Below are positions 7,304 to 17,319 of a DNA stretch of 36,477 bases, one piece after another (within the stretch, counting starts at the first letter, position 1; each line of letters begins with the position of its first letter). The notes beneath the pieces are model-generated. The model made no database searches, was not told the DNA's origin, and saw only the letters and a program-made list of their open reading frames with translations. The stretch comes from Aquificota bacterium (GTDB lineage: Bacteria; Aquificota; Aquificia; Aquificales; QOAS01). The stretch lies in NCBI GenBank assembly GCA_026987085.1, contig JALSNH010000145.1, positions 1-36,477 of the forward strand, in the 5' to 3' direction. Position numbers and translations under genes: made by a program.

Positions 7304-9223
7304 ATGGAATCTAAATACTATATAACCACGCCGATTTACTACGTTAACGGCGACCCCCATTTGGGACATGCCTATACAACAATTGCGGCCGATATTTTGG
7401 CAAGGTTCAACCGTTTGAGGAATAAAAAGGTATTTTTCCTAACGGGGACAGACGAGCACGGTTTAAAAATCCAACAGACGGCGGAAAAGTTGGGAATTAC
7501 ACCCAAAGAGTTGGCCGATAAAAATGCCAACCGCTTTAAGGAACTTTGGAAACTTTTAAATATCTCCTACGATAGGTTTATAAGAACAACCGAACCCGAG
7601 CACGTTAAGGCGGTTAAACATATCCTCCAAAGGTGCTACGAAAAGGGCGATATCTATAAAGGGTATTACGAAGGTTGGTATTGCGTCGGCTGTGAGGAGT
7701 TTAAAACGGAAAAGGAACTCCTCGAGGGGAACGTTTGCCCGATTCATAAAAAACCTTGCGAGTATATAAAGGAGGAAACCTACTACTTTAGGCTCTCGAA
7801 ATATACGGAGCCCCTTTTGGAGTTCTACGAAAGAAACCCGCAATTTGTAAAGCCCGAATACCGCTTTAACGAGGTAAAAGAGTTCGTAAGGCAAGGACTT
7901 AAGGATATCTCCATAACCCGTCCCCGCAATAGGGTTAAATGGGGTATACCCGCCCCCTTCGATGAGAACCAAACCGTTTATGTATGGTTCGACGCCCTAA
8001 CCAACTACCTTAGCGGGATAGGTTATCCAAAGCCCCAATATAGGGAGTGGTGGCCGGCCGACCTCCACCTTGTGGGTAAGGATATTTTGAGGTTCCACGC
8101 CGTCTATTGGCCGGCCTTTTTAATGAGCGCCGGGGAGGAGCTCCCCAAACAGATTTTTGCCCACGGTTGGTGGCTCGTTGAGGGGCACAAAATCTCCAAA
8201 AGTTTGGGAAATGTAATAGACCCCTTTGTGGCGGTGGAAAAGATAGGCGTCGACCCCTTTAGGTATATCCTCTTTAGGGAGACACCCTTCGGGGAAGATG
8301 GAAACCTAACCCGCGAAAGTGTTTTAAACAGGGTAAACGGCGAACTGGTAAACGAGATAGGAAACCTCTACTCAAGGGTCGTTGCTATGGTTCACAAATA
8401 CCTCGGGGGGGAAATCGATAATGTGAAAGACCTTTCCGAGTTTTCCGATTACAAAAACCTTACCGAGGGGATTATCAGAAATTACATAAAACTTGTTGAG
8501 GATTACAAGTTCCACAAAGCCCTCGAGGAGGTTTTAAAACTTGCCGAATACCTAAACCGGTTTATAGACCAAACCAAACCCTGGGAGCTCTATAAAAACA
8601 AAGACCTCAAAAGGTTAAAAACGGTTCTCTACATTGCCCTAAACGGTTTGGCGGTAATTACCCACCTGCTCTACCCCTTTATGCCGACAACTATGGAAAA
8701 AGCCCTAAAAATGGTTGGTTTAGAAAAATTTGAAACCTTCGATAGGTTAAACGCTTTTGTTTTAAAAACCCCCCTAAAGGTTGGTAAAAAGGAGAACCTC
8801 TTTAGGAGGATTACTGAAGATGACCTAACCTTTATAGTGAAGGTTGAAGAAAAACCTAAGGAGGTAAAGATGGAGGAGAAAAAACCTGAAGGTGTGGAGT
8901 ATATCGACTTTAACGATTTCCAAAAGGTGGTTCTAAAGGTGGGACAAATCCTTGAAGTGGAAGAGATACCTAAGGCCAAAAAACTTTACAAACTTACCGT
9001 GGAACTCGGCGAGGAAAATCCGAGAACGATAGTTGCGGGCATTAAACCTTTTTACACTCCCGAGGAATTGAAAGGCAAAAAGGTTATAGTTGTGGCCAAC
9101 CTAAAACCCAAAAAACTAATGGGTATCGAAAGCCAAGGTATGCTTTTGGCAGCCAACGACGGAGAGAATTTCTCCCTCCTTACGGTGGAAAAGAATATAA
9201 AAAACGGAACAAGGGTTTCCTAA
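7304..9223 (+). CDS. metG: Methionine--tRNA ligase with C-terminal tRNA-binding (Trbp111/EMAP-like) domain
   Basis: HLGHAYTT (HIGH motif), KISKSLGN (KMSKS motif), a CVGC...CPIH zinc knuckle, and a C-terminal OB domain (VGQILEVEEIPKAKKLYKLTVELG ... SQGMLLAA). Confidence 0.95.
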   Translation: MESKYYITTPIYYVNGDPHLGHAYTTIAADILARFNRLRNKKVFFLTGTDEHGLKIQQTAEKLGITPKELADKNANRFKELWKLLNISYDRFIRTTEPEHVKAVKHILQRCYEKGDIYKGYYEGWYCVGCEEFKTEKELLEGNVCPIHKKPCEYIKEETYYFRLSKYTEPLLEFYERNPQFVKPEYRFNEVKEFVRQGLKDISITRPRNRVKWGIPAPFDENQTVYVWFDALTNYLSGIGYPKPQYREWWPADLHLVGKDILRFHAVYWPAFLMSAGEELPKQIFAHGWWLVEGHKISKSLGNVIDPFVAVEKIGVDPFRYILFRETPFGEDGNLTRESVLNRVNGELVNEIGNLYSRVVAMVHKYLGGEIDNVKDLSEFSDYKNLTEGIIRNYIKLVEDYKFHKALEEVLKLAEYLNRFIDQTKPWELYKNKDLKRLKTVLYIALNGLAVITHLLYPFMPTTMEKALKMVGLEKFETFDRLNAFVLKTPLKVGKKENLFRRITEDDLTFIVKVEEKPKEVKMEEKKPEGVEYIDFNDFQKVVLKVGQILEVEEIPKAKKLYKLTVELGEENPRTIVAGIKPFYTPEELKGKKVIVVANLKPKKLMGIESQGMLLAANDGENFSLLTVEKNIKNGTRVS

Positions 9224-9240
9224 ACTAAAAGCTCCTAAAA

Positions 9241-11139
9241 ATGGATTTAAGAAAACGTTTTCTTTATCTCTACCTGCTCTTTCTTGCAATGTTTATTCTC
9301 TTGGGAATTAGATATATACAAATTCAACTCCTATTTAAGGACAATTACTTTAAAGAACTCACAAAAAGATACTCTGATGTAAGAACCATAACTTTACCGG
9401 AATGGCGGGGAATAATCTACTCTGCCGATGGTGTTCCCCTTGCCATTACCATTGACAACTATATTTATTACGCCATAACTTCGAAACTCAGTGAGGAAGC
9501 TAAACAGATTTATGCCTCAACTTTCGATGTAGCTTTTAATATTCCCAAAAAGGAGATATTAAAACAGCTAAATTCCAAAGAAGGTTATTTAGAAATATAC
9601 CAATCCCCAAACCGTGATATATACAGGATTTTTAAAAAACTCCGTTATGCGTTATGGAAAACCCAAAGAAAACTTACGAAAGCATTGTTTGGACGATACG
9701 TAGTTGATACTTTCAAACTTCGAGAATTTTGCAAAAAGCCCCCTTCGGGGGAACTTCCCAGAAAGATATGTGCAATTCAAGAGATTTTAGATTGGACCGG
9801 TGTGGAAGTTGCCAATAAAAGGGTATATCCACAAGGAAGATTTCTTGCTAACACTATCGGCTTTGTAAACTCCCAAAACTTTGGGAAGGCCGGTGTGGAA
9901 CTTATGGAAGATAAGAATCTCTATGCAGGACCAATAAAAATTCCCTACCTTTATGGAATAAAGCTAAAAGGTGTAGATGTACCGGCATTTAGATATATGA
10001 AAAAGAATTTAACTTCCGATGTATATCTTACTATCGATTTTACAATTCAAGCAATTTTAGAAGAAACCAAAGAGGAAATAGTAAAACGATGGAAACCTAA
10101 AAAGGTTGTCATATTACTGATGAACGCCTACAACGGAAAAATATTGGGTTTAGCGGTATATCCCGATTTTAATCCCAACAAACCCTTTAAAAACTGGCAA
10201 GAATATCTAAACAGTCGCAATCCGGCCTTCATGGATGTATTCGAAATGGGATCCGTTATCAAACCCTTTTTTGTAGGCTTGGCGCTATACAAACACCGAA
10301 TCTCCGTGAACGACAAAATTTATATAGATGGAGGTCGCACAAAGATAGGGGGGCATATAGTAAGGGATGCAGAAAGACTGTATACCTCTTACCTCTCCGT
10401 TAGAGACGTTTTGGTTCATTCTTCCAATGTGGGAACCGTTCAAATAGCGCGGCACCTTAAAAAGGAAGATGAAGAATGGCTTATAAATCTTTTAGGGTGG
10501 AATAAAAAAATCTCCAACTTTCCCGGTTCTACTTCCGGATTAATACCGAATTTAAACCTACCTGCCAACCGGCTTTATATAGCGTTCGGCCAAGGTTTAG
10601 CATTAACACCTATTCATCTTGTTAGTTCCTACGCCGCTTTACTAACAGGTTATGCTCCCGTTCCCCAACTGGTTGAAAAGGTGGTTAGAGAAGATGGTAA
10701 GGTTATTAAAGAGTTCAAGCCCCAATATATAAATAGCGAACCCTTGTTTGACGAAGAAACGCGAAGATGGCTTTTAGAAACTTTCCACCAAATTGTAATT
10801 AGAGGAACCGGAAAGAAAGCAAACCCCTACTACTACAGGGTTGGAGGAAAAACGGGAACTGCTCAAGTCTACGATAAAAAACTTCACATGTATTCTTCAA
10901 CACGTTATGTTACCTCTTTTATAGGTTTCTTTCCCTATCCAAAACCCAAATATGTTTTGTTGGTTCTAGTTGATGAACCCAAAGCCCCTTATAGGGGCTT
11001 ACTTTATGGCGGAACGGTGGCCGCGCCTTACTGGGCGGAAATAGTTAACAGAGTTTCCTCCTATCTCTTAATAAAACCTAATTTGGATAAAAGGTTGGAA
11101 CAAAAACTGGAAAGGTTAAATAGCCATAGGCATAATTAG
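9241..11139 (+). CDS. Class B penicillin-binding protein (peptidoglycan D,D-transpeptidase, FtsI/PBP3-like)
   Basis: N-terminal TM anchor. Transpeptidase triad: SVIK (GSVIKPF), SSN (HSSNVG), KTGT (GGKTGTAQ). It is not in a dcw cluster here, so I did not assign FtsI versus MrdA. Confidence 0.85.
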   Translation: MDLRKRFLYLYLLFLAMFILLGIRYIQIQLLFKDNYFKELTKRYSDVRTITLPEWRGIIYSADGVPLAITIDNYIYYAITSKLSEEAKQIYASTFDVAFNIPKKEILKQLNSKEGYLEIYQSPNRDIYRIFKKLRYALWKTQRKLTKALFGRYVVDTFKLREFCKKPPSGELPRKICAIQEILDWTGVEVANKRVYPQGRFLANTIGFVNSQNFGKAGVELMEDKNLYAGPIKIPYLYGIKLKGVDVPAFRYMKKNLTSDVYLTIDFTIQAILEETKEEIVKRWKPKKVVILLMNAYNGKILGLAVYPDFNPNKPFKNWQEYLNSRNPAFMDVFEMGSVIKPFFVGLALYKHRISVNDKIYIDGGRTKIGGHIVRDAERLYTSYLSVRDVLVHSSNVGTVQIARHLKKEDEEWLINLLGWNKKISNFPGSTSGLIPNLNLPANRLYIAFGQGLALTPIHLVSSYAALLTGYAPVPQLVEKVVREDGKVIKEFKPQYINSEPLFDEETRRWLLETFHQIVIRGTGKKANPYYYRVGGKTGTAQVYDKKLHMYSSTRYVTSFIGFFPYPKPKYVLLVLVDEPKAPYRGLLYGGTVAAPYWAEIVNRVSSYLLIKPNLDKRLEQKLERLNSHRHN

Positions 11140-12210
11140 GCATATGTAAGGTTCCTCTTCAAAATTTTCGGCTTCTATTACGGCGGGAGAGTCGGGGTCT
11201 ACCAACTTGAACCAAATTCTTTCGCTATCATAGTTATCGAGAGCTTCGATAATATAACGAGCGTTAAATTCGGTCGATATAGTTTCCCCAACATACTCCG
11301 CTTCTACTTCGTCCTCCGCTTCTCCGAATTCAGGGTCGGAGACTTCCAGTTTAACGAGATTTTCCATTAGAGTGATTTTTACAGGCTTAACTTTGCCCTC
11401 TATTAAAAGGGTCACCCTCTTTAAAGCGTTAACAAATTCTTCTACTGCTATTAAAGCATTGTAATTCGTTTCCGAAGGTAAAACGCTTTCGTAATCTGGA
11501 TAATCTCCCTCCAAAAGGCGAACTGCTAATTTCCAATTCTCACCCTCAATGAAGGCGAAATTTTCGGAGGCGGCCAATGTTAACTCGTCTAATTTTACTA
11601 TTAACTTTTTCAAAACCTTTAAACTCTTTTTGGGCAGTAAAAATTTCAAGTTAAAGTTATCTACTTGAGGTCTGTAGAGTGCCAACCTATGGCCATCTGT
11701 ACCAACAAAATCTACAACCGACCCTTTTCCATTAACGTAGAGCCCATTAAGAACAATGTTTTCCGAATCTTTAGGTATTGCATAATCAGTTCTTTCTATA
11801 GCCTCCAGGATAATACCCCCATCCAGATGGGAAGTTTTCATATCCTCCTGAGGTTCCGGAAATTCGGGAAACTCTTCCGGGTCAACCGTTGTAAGTTTAA
11901 ACCTTGAACGGCCACATTCTATAAGAAGGTTTTCCCCCTGTAGGCTTAGAACTACTTCCGCACACTTTCCGTTTTTAATTAATTCGGTTAACTTCTGTGA
12001 GTTCACAGAGATAATTCCCTCTTCAATTACATTGGCAGGAACCTGAAGTGTCAAATAATTCTCTAAATCGGTAGCTTTAATAATAAGATGTTCTCCTTCG
12101 GCGGCAAGTAGAAAATTGGTAAGTATTGGTAAAGCAGCCTTTTTTTCTGTAGCCTCCTTTGCTTTATTTAAAGCGTCCTCTAAAAGTTTTCTATCACAAA
12201 TAACCTTCAT
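11116..12210 (-). CDS. dnaN: DNA polymerase III beta sliding clamp
   Basis: 364 aa with a three-domain clamp pattern (LPILTNFLL..., VNGKGSVVDFVGTDGHRLA, YICLIMPM C-terminus). The 3' end overlaps the convergent PBP gene by 24 nt. Confidence 0.9.
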   Translation of the reverse strand: MKVICDRKLLEDALNKAKEATEKKAALPILTNFLLAAEGEHLIIKATDLENYLTLQVPANVIEEGIISVNSQKLTELIKNGKCAEVVLSLQGENLLIECGRSRFKLTTVDPEEFPEFPEPQEDMKTSHLDGGIILEAIERTDYAIPKDSENIVLNGLYVNGKGSVVDFVGTDGHRLALYRPQVDNFNLKFLLPKKSLKVLKKLIVKLDELTLAASENFAFIEGENWKLAVRLLEGDYPDYESVLPSETNYNALIAVEEFVNALKRVTLLIEGKVKPVKITLMENLVKLEVSDPEFGEAEDEVEAEYVGETISTEFNARYIIEALDNYDSERIWFKLVDPDSPAVIEAENFEEEPYICLIMPMAI

Positions 12211-12256
12211 AGTTTAGTTTTATTAAAAACCAAAACTTTTAAAGGAAAGTGAAAAC

Positions 12257-12541
12257 TTAAAAATCCCTGCGTATGTAGAAATCCATAAACTCTCCTGTAG
12301 GTTCTTCCCAATAAACCTCTATACGATCAACCCTTGCCAATGAAGGTCCCTTTTTGAGGTCTTCCAGAAATTCCTTTAAAAGAACCTCATCTCCCTCCGC
12401 TACTACTTCCACGCGCCCGTCGGGTAAGTTTCTTACCCAGCCGGTTATTCCATAAACATTTGCCCGTTTTTCGGTAAAGTATCTAAAGCCTACCCCTTGT
12501 ACTCTTCCAGAGATAAAAGCGTGTAATCTTTTCACAACCAT
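12257..12541 (-). CDS. acyP: Acylphosphatase
   Basis: GRVQGVGFRYFT and GWVRNLPDGRVE are the two acylphosphatase signatures. 94 aa. Confidence 0.9.
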   Translation of the reverse strand: MVVKRLHAFISGRVQGVGFRYFTEKRANVYGITGWVRNLPDGRVEVVAEGDEVLLKEFLEDLKKGPSLARVDRIEVYWEEPTGEFMDFYIRRDF

Positions 12542-12725
12542 TTTGCAAAAAAAGAATATTTAAATTTTCTAATACCATTTTTTCCAGTTAAAAGTTAAAA
12601 TGTATATTTATACAATTCCATTACTAATTTAGTTTCTGTTATTAATTATATGCTAACAAGCATGGTTTTAATTAGGCAAATGGAATAAGTTAAATTTTAT
12701 GTAAAAAAAGTAAGGAGGTGTTGAA

Positions 12726-12989
12726 ATGGCAAGGAGAAGTAGGTTTCCGGGGAGGGCTGTCTTAGATTATCTGTATAACCAACAAAGATATTCTATGGAA
12801 CTTATTGCCAAAATTTTTGGCGTATCCCGTGAGGCGGTGAGATTATGGTTAAATCAAGCGGGTATCCCTACAAGGGATAGGATTTACGCAGTGAAAACCA
12901 GGGGAGCAAGAAAGAGAATAAATGTACGGGAGATAAGAAAAAGATTGAAGGATATGTTCCCTGAGGTAGTTAGTCTTTTACCCTCTTAA
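12726..12989 (+). CDS. Small helix-turn-helix DNA-binding protein (transposase/resolvase-type HTH), function unknown
   Basis: 87 aa. YSMELIAKIFGVSREAVRLWLNQAGI is a classic HTH. A strong SD (AAGGAGGTG) lies 7 nt upstream of the ATG. It sits in an AT-rich islet. Confidence 0.5.
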   Translation: MARRSRFPGRAVLDYLYNQQRYSMELIAKIFGVSREAVRLWLNQAGIPTRDRIYAVKTRGARKRINVREIRKRLKDMFPEVVSLLPS

Positions 12990-13976
12990 TCCTTCTCCTG
13001 GAGGTCTATATATTGCAACCGGTGAAAGACCGAAATAAATTTTTCCTATCCGGAATGAATATTTAAATAAAACAACTAAAGAAGCGTTAGCTTCAATAAT
13101 ACCGCAACTGTTCACTTTATAAAAACCTTTTTTAAAAAAATTAAAGGTTAGAATCTTTCTTTCCTTATAAAGGATTTTGTTATCCTTTTTTAAAATTTCA
13201 AAATTGCAAAGGGAAATATAAAAATTTCCTGAATATAAGCTTTCTATAATTTCATCTCCAAAGGTTTTATTTGATAATAAATAAAAACTCCAAAGGTAAG
13301 GAGGAAATGAGAAAAACTTTTTAGGTTTTTCCCACAGAGAGAGCTTAACATGATGATCTAAACCTCCTATTATTTTCAAATCTCCTTTTGTTCTTTGTAA
13401 ATAAAACTCAATCCATTTAAAAATAGGAATGAGTTTTGGAAAAAAATTCAAAGCTTTTAGTTTAACAAATGGATAAAGAAGTAAAAATCTAAGAATAAAG
13501 TAAATTTTTAAACTTGTTGAAGCTTCGGAAATAACATCTTTTAGGTCAATAAGTTCATAAAAAAAATCTTTTTTATATTTTCCACGCCAAGAGTACTCGG
13601 GTTTTCTGTTATTGTTAGGATGAGCTATAACTAGAAAAAGATTATTTAGTTTCAGAACTCGTCCATAAATAGGGTCTTGATATTCAATCCCGGGAATTAT
13701 TAAAGGACTTTTATAGAACTTTATAAAATCGTTATTGTGGTCGGTAATAAAAACTTTATCTATACCTAGTTTCTTTGCTGCTTTTTCTATCTCTTCCGGT
13801 TTACCCAAGCTATCGTAGGAATAGTAGGTATGAACATGAACTACAAAAGTTTTACCCTTTTTGGAAAACTCCTCTTGTTTGAGACAATTTTCAACTGTTA
13901 GCGTTTTAAAAGGATAGATAAATTCAAAAAAAATAAATATCAAGAGCGTAAAAATAAAAATTCCGAAAATAAGCAT
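12978..13976 (-). CDS. Membrane-anchored PHP-domain metal-dependent phosphoesterase
   Basis: N-terminal hydrophobic helix (LIFGIFIFTLLIFIFFEFI). PHP motifs in order: HVHTYYSYDS, ITDHNN, PGIEY, VIAHPNN, GGLDHH. Very AT-rich coding sequence. Confidence 0.6.
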   Translation of the reverse strand: MLIFGIFIFTLLIFIFFEFIYPFKTLTVENCLKQEEFSKKGKTFVVHVHTYYSYDSLGKPEEIEKAAKKLGIDKVFITDHNNDFIKFYKSPLIIPGIEYQDPIYGRVLKLNNLFLVIAHPNNNRKPEYSWRGKYKKDFFYELIDLKDVISEASTSLKIYFILRFLLLYPFVKLKALNFFPKLIPIFKWIEFYLQRTKGDLKIIGGLDHHVKLSLWEKPKKFFSFPPYLWSFYLLSNKTFGDEIIESLYSGNFYISLCNFEILKKDNKILYKERKILTFNFFKKGFYKVNSCGIIEANASLVVLFKYSFRIGKIYFGLSPVAIYRPPGEGLRG

Positions 13977-14047
13977 TAAGAAATATAGTCCATCTTGCGC
14001 TTCCTTAAAACCTTATCTTTCTGAGTTTTTTAAAATTTAACCTCCTA

Positions 14048-15226
14048 ATGCTTCAAGTTCGTGTAAAACCTGGGGTGGAGAAAAAATTAAGAAACAGATT
14101 TCCTTGGGTATATAAAAAAGAAATTGCATCTTACTCAAGAACACCTAAAAAAGGAGAAACCGTAGTAGTTAGAGATTTCAGCGGTAAATTTATTGGCTAC
14201 GGATATATAAATCCGGAGGTCAATATAACTATCCGACTCTTATCGTTCGATAAAAACGAAAAGCCCACCCCGGAACTTATAAAAAGAAAAATTGAAAACG
14301 CCTATAACTATCGTAAAAGTTTAAATATTCCTTCCAACGCCTACCGTTTGATTCACTCCGAAGGTGATTTTCTTCCCGGTTTGATAGTGGATGTTTATGA
14401 CAAATGGGTGGCCGTGGAATTTACCACCTACGGTATGGAGGAATACAAAGAGGTTGTTATCGAAACCTTAAAAGAACTTTTAAATCCGGAAGGTATTTAC
14501 GAAAAAATAAACGAATTTAGTAAAAAAGTTGAGGGCCTGCGGGGTGAGGAACAGACACTTTATGGTACAGTTCCCGAAGAGATAGTTATTAGAGAATACG
14601 ATTTGAAATTTTATGTGAATATTCCCGAAGGGCAAAAAACCGGCATGTTCTTAGACCAAAGGAATGCACGTTATTTTCTCAGACAGTTAATAAAAGGAGG
14701 TGAAAGGGTTCTCGATGTGTTCTGCCACTCCGGAGGTTTTGCTATAAGTGCTAGAAAGGCCGGTGCGGGCGAGGTTATCGGAGTTGATATTAGCGATTTA
14801 GCTTTAGAACTTGCCAAAAAAAATGAAAAGTTAAACGGACTTGAAGGCATTAAATGGGTAGAAGCAAACGCTTTTGATTTTCTAAAAGAGCAACACAAAA
14901 GAGGAGAAAAATATGATGTGGTAATTATAGACCCTCCTTCGTTTGCCAAGAATAAAGCGGCGGTAGAGAATGCGTTAAGAGGTTATAAAGAACTTTTGGT
15001 AAGAGGTCTCCATATAACAAAACCGGGAGGAATTTTAGCTATATTCTCCTGTTCATTCCACATAACCGAACAGCACCTTCTCCAAACTTTACAGGACGCT
15101 GCTTTTGATACTAAAAAGGTTTTGAGGGTAAGAGCTAAAACTTATCAGGATTTGGACCACCCTTGGATTTTGCAAATTCCCAACACTCTATATTTAAAAG
15201 GAATTTGGGTGGAGGTTTTAAATTAG
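14048..15226 (+). CDS. PUA-domain class I SAM-dependent rRNA methyltransferase (RlmI/YwbD family, 23S rRNA m5C-type)
   Basis: N-terminal KLRNRFPWVYKKEI, a SAM-binding loop VLDVFCHSGGFA, and the DPPSF catalytic motif. 392 aa. Confidence 0.8.
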   Translation: MLQVRVKPGVEKKLRNRFPWVYKKEIASYSRTPKKGETVVVRDFSGKFIGYGYINPEVNITIRLLSFDKNEKPTPELIKRKIENAYNYRKSLNIPSNAYRLIHSEGDFLPGLIVDVYDKWVAVEFTTYGMEEYKEVVIETLKELLNPEGIYEKINEFSKKVEGLRGEEQTLYGTVPEEIVIREYDLKFYVNIPEGQKTGMFLDQRNARYFLRQLIKGGERVLDVFCHSGGFAISARKAGAGEVIGVDISDLALELAKKNEKLNGLEGIKWVEANAFDFLKEQHKRGEKYDVVIIDPPSFAKNKAAVENALRGYKELLVRGLHITKPGGILAIFSCSFHITEQHLLQTLQDAAFDTKKVLRVRAKTYQDLDHPWILQIPNTLYLKGIWVEVLN

Positions 15227-16131
15227 GAGAGAAGTTTTGCCAGCTCCTCCACCGCCCAAGAGAGACTTCTAACGCCAACCGCAAAGGATTTTGGTCTAAC
15301 TACAAAACCGCTCGGAGATTTGTAAACGGCTATAAACACCTGTTGGTAAAAACCCTCCTCCCCTACAAAAGTCTCTATTAAATCGACCTTTTCACCTTTA
15401 TAGGTCTCCTCAACTTTCAAAAAGTAGCCCCTCTTTGGATCCTTTAATTCGAGATTTTTATAAACCCTTTGCGGGTTGTAATTTTCAATTTTTACACTTC
15501 TCAAGGGCTCAACCTCCCTGTCTTCCAACCCTTCCGGTGTTTTTAGTTTTATAAGTAAAAGCTTTAAGGGTTTTCTACCTTCCCTTAACGCCTTTTGTTC
15601 ATACTTGGTGGTCGGAAGTTTCCAATCGAAGGAACGTTCTATTTGAAAAATACCCTTTAAAGGTTCCAGCTGCTCCAGTATGTAGTTGTAGTAATCCTCT
15701 ATATCGGTTCTTATGTAGACCTTCCCACCATCTTTGAGTTTAAAGGCGACCCACCTTAGGAAGGAAGTTTTTAAGAGCCTCCTTTTTATGTCCCTCTTTT
15801 TAAAAAACGGATCGGGGTAATTGAAATAGAAAGCCTCAACTTGGTTCGGTTTTAATAGGTATTCCACAAAAAGGTTTGCATCTAAATTGAACACGTAAAG
15901 GTTGTTAAGTTTTTGATTTAAACATTTATGGACCAAAGCCCTAACGCCGGGATGCCACTTATCCACGGCCAAGATGGGCTTTTCGGGAAATCTTCTTGCA
16001 AGCTCAACCGTAAAGTCGCCGTTTCCAAATCCTATTTCCACCAAAGGGTCTTTGAAATTTAGTTTTTCCTCTATAGGTTTCGTTGTATCCCAACAGCAGG
16101 GGGTAAATTTTTCTTCTTTTCTACAACCCAC
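15223..16131 (-). CDS. trmB: tRNA (guanine46-N7)-methyltransferase with about 100-aa C-terminal extension
   Basis: VEIGFGNGDFTVELA (SAM loop) and NYPDPFFKKRDIKRRL (the FPDPWxKxRHxKRR equivalent). 302 aa versus about 210-240 aa for typical TrmB. GTG start without an obvious SD, so the start is uncertain. Confidence 0.8.
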   Translation of the reverse strand: MGCRKEEKFTPCCWDTTKPIEEKLNFKDPLVEIGFGNGDFTVELARRFPEKPILAVDKWHPGVRALVHKCLNQKLNNLYVFNLDANLFVEYLLKPNQVEAFYFNYPDPFFKKRDIKRRLLKTSFLRWVAFKLKDGGKVYIRTDIEDYYNYILEQLEPLKGIFQIERSFDWKLPTTKYEQKALREGRKPLKLLLIKLKTPEGLEDREVEPLRSVKIENYNPQRVYKNLELKDPKRGYFLKVEETYKGEKVDLIETFVGEEGFYQQVFIAVYKSPSGFVVRPKSFAVGVRSLSWAVEELAKLLS

Positions 16132-16171
16132 TGGAGGAGAAAAATTTTAAAGGGACTAATAAAGGAAAGAA

Positions 16172-16444
16172 TTATTTAACCTTTTCTCTGAGTTGTTTTG
16201 CGGGTTTAAATACTACCACTTTGCGGGCAGGAATGGTAATTTCCTCTCCGGTTCTAGGGTTCCTTCCCTTCCTTGCAGAGCGTTCCCTCACTTGGAAAAT
16301 TCCAAATTTAGGTAGAGCAATTCTTTCACCCTTTACAAGGGCATCTTCTACAGCTTCGATAAAGGCCTTAAGGCATCTGTCGGCTTGCTTTTTGGAAACG
16401 CCGGCAGCTTCCGCAATTTTTGCAACAAGCTCAGCCTTCGTCAT
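16172..16444 (-). CDS. hup: DNA-binding protein HU
   Basis: MTKAELVAKIAE...FGIFQVRERSARKGRNPRTGEEITIPARKVVVFKPAKQL is the canonical HU/IHF fold sequence. Confidence 0.95.
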   Translation of the reverse strand: MTKAELVAKIAEAAGVSKKQADRCLKAFIEAVEDALVKGERIALPKFGIFQVRERSARKGRNPRTGEEITIPARKVVVFKPAKQLREKVK

Positions 16445-16531
16445 CTTCTTACCTCCTAAGGTTATTAAACTACGGCTAAAAACCTATCTTGGTAGATTTT
16501 TGGAAAAAATGCAAATGGAAAAGAGCCGATA

Positions 16532-17251
16532 TTAGAGGTTTATCTCCACACTTTCACCCGGTTTAACAATTATTACTTGCGCATCTACACATGGATTCTC
16601 TTCCACAGCCTTTTTAAATTCCTCGGGATTTTGTGCGATGGGAGGCCAGGTGTTGTAGTGCATAGGAATGGCTATTTTCGGTTTTACAAATTCAACAGCT
16701 TTAACCGCCTCGGGAATACCCATAGTAAAGAGGCTTCCTATCGGGGTTAGCATCACATCGGGTCTATAAAGTTCTCCGATAAGTTTCATATCGCCAAAAA
16801 GTGCGGTATCGCCGGTGTGGTAGACCCTTACACCATCTAAATCGATAACCACACCCGCCGGATTTCCAAGGTAGATAGGCTCGCCGTTATCCTTTATAAG
16901 AGAGCTTGAGTGAACCGCTGGAGTGTAGACCATTTTTACACCTTCCACTTCAAACCATCCTCCGATGTTGCAACCGACCGTGTTTTTTGCTCCATTTGCC
17001 GCCAAATATTGGGCAACTTCGAACAAACCGACTATGGGAGTTCCCTTTCTACCGAAATCGAGAGCGTTCTCTATGTGGTCGAAGTGCCCGTGGGTAATTA
17101 CAACAAGGTCGACCTTATCGAGCAAACTATCGAGGGTAATACCGGCCTCTTGGGCCTGCGGGTTGGAGGTGATAAAGGGGTCTATTAAAACGGTTTTGGA
17201 ACCTTCAATAAGCCAAGTGGCGTGCCCTACAAAGGTTAGTTTTACTCCCAT
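16532..17251 (-). CDS. Metallo-beta-lactamase-fold hydrolase (UPF0173 family)
   Basis: VVITHGHFDH motif. N-terminus KLTFVGHATWLIEG. 239 aa. Confidence 0.8.
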   Translation of the reverse strand: MGVKLTFVGHATWLIEGSKTVLIDPFITSNPQAQEAGITLDSLLDKVDLVVITHGHFDHIENALDFGRKGTPIVGLFEVAQYLAANGAKNTVGCNIGGWFEVEGVKMVYTPAVHSSSLIKDNGEPIYLGNPAGVVIDLDGVRVYHTGDTALFGDMKLIGELYRPDVMLTPIGSLFTMGIPEAVKAVEFVKPKIAIPMHYNTWPPIAQNPEEFKKAVEENPCVDAQVIIVKPGESVEINL

Positions 17252-17319
17252 AGTAGTTTTTAATAACCTTTAAAACCAAAATTGGCAAGGAAAAAACTTG
17301 TTAGGAAAAAGAAAAAAAA

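Noticed and set aside
12542-12725. Very AT-rich 184-nt spacer upstream of acyP-dnaN, considered as a possible replication origin
   Set aside because: I found no TTATCCACA/TGTGGATAA-like DnaA boxes in it and no dnaA nearby. AT-richness alone fits the foreign islet and promoter region.
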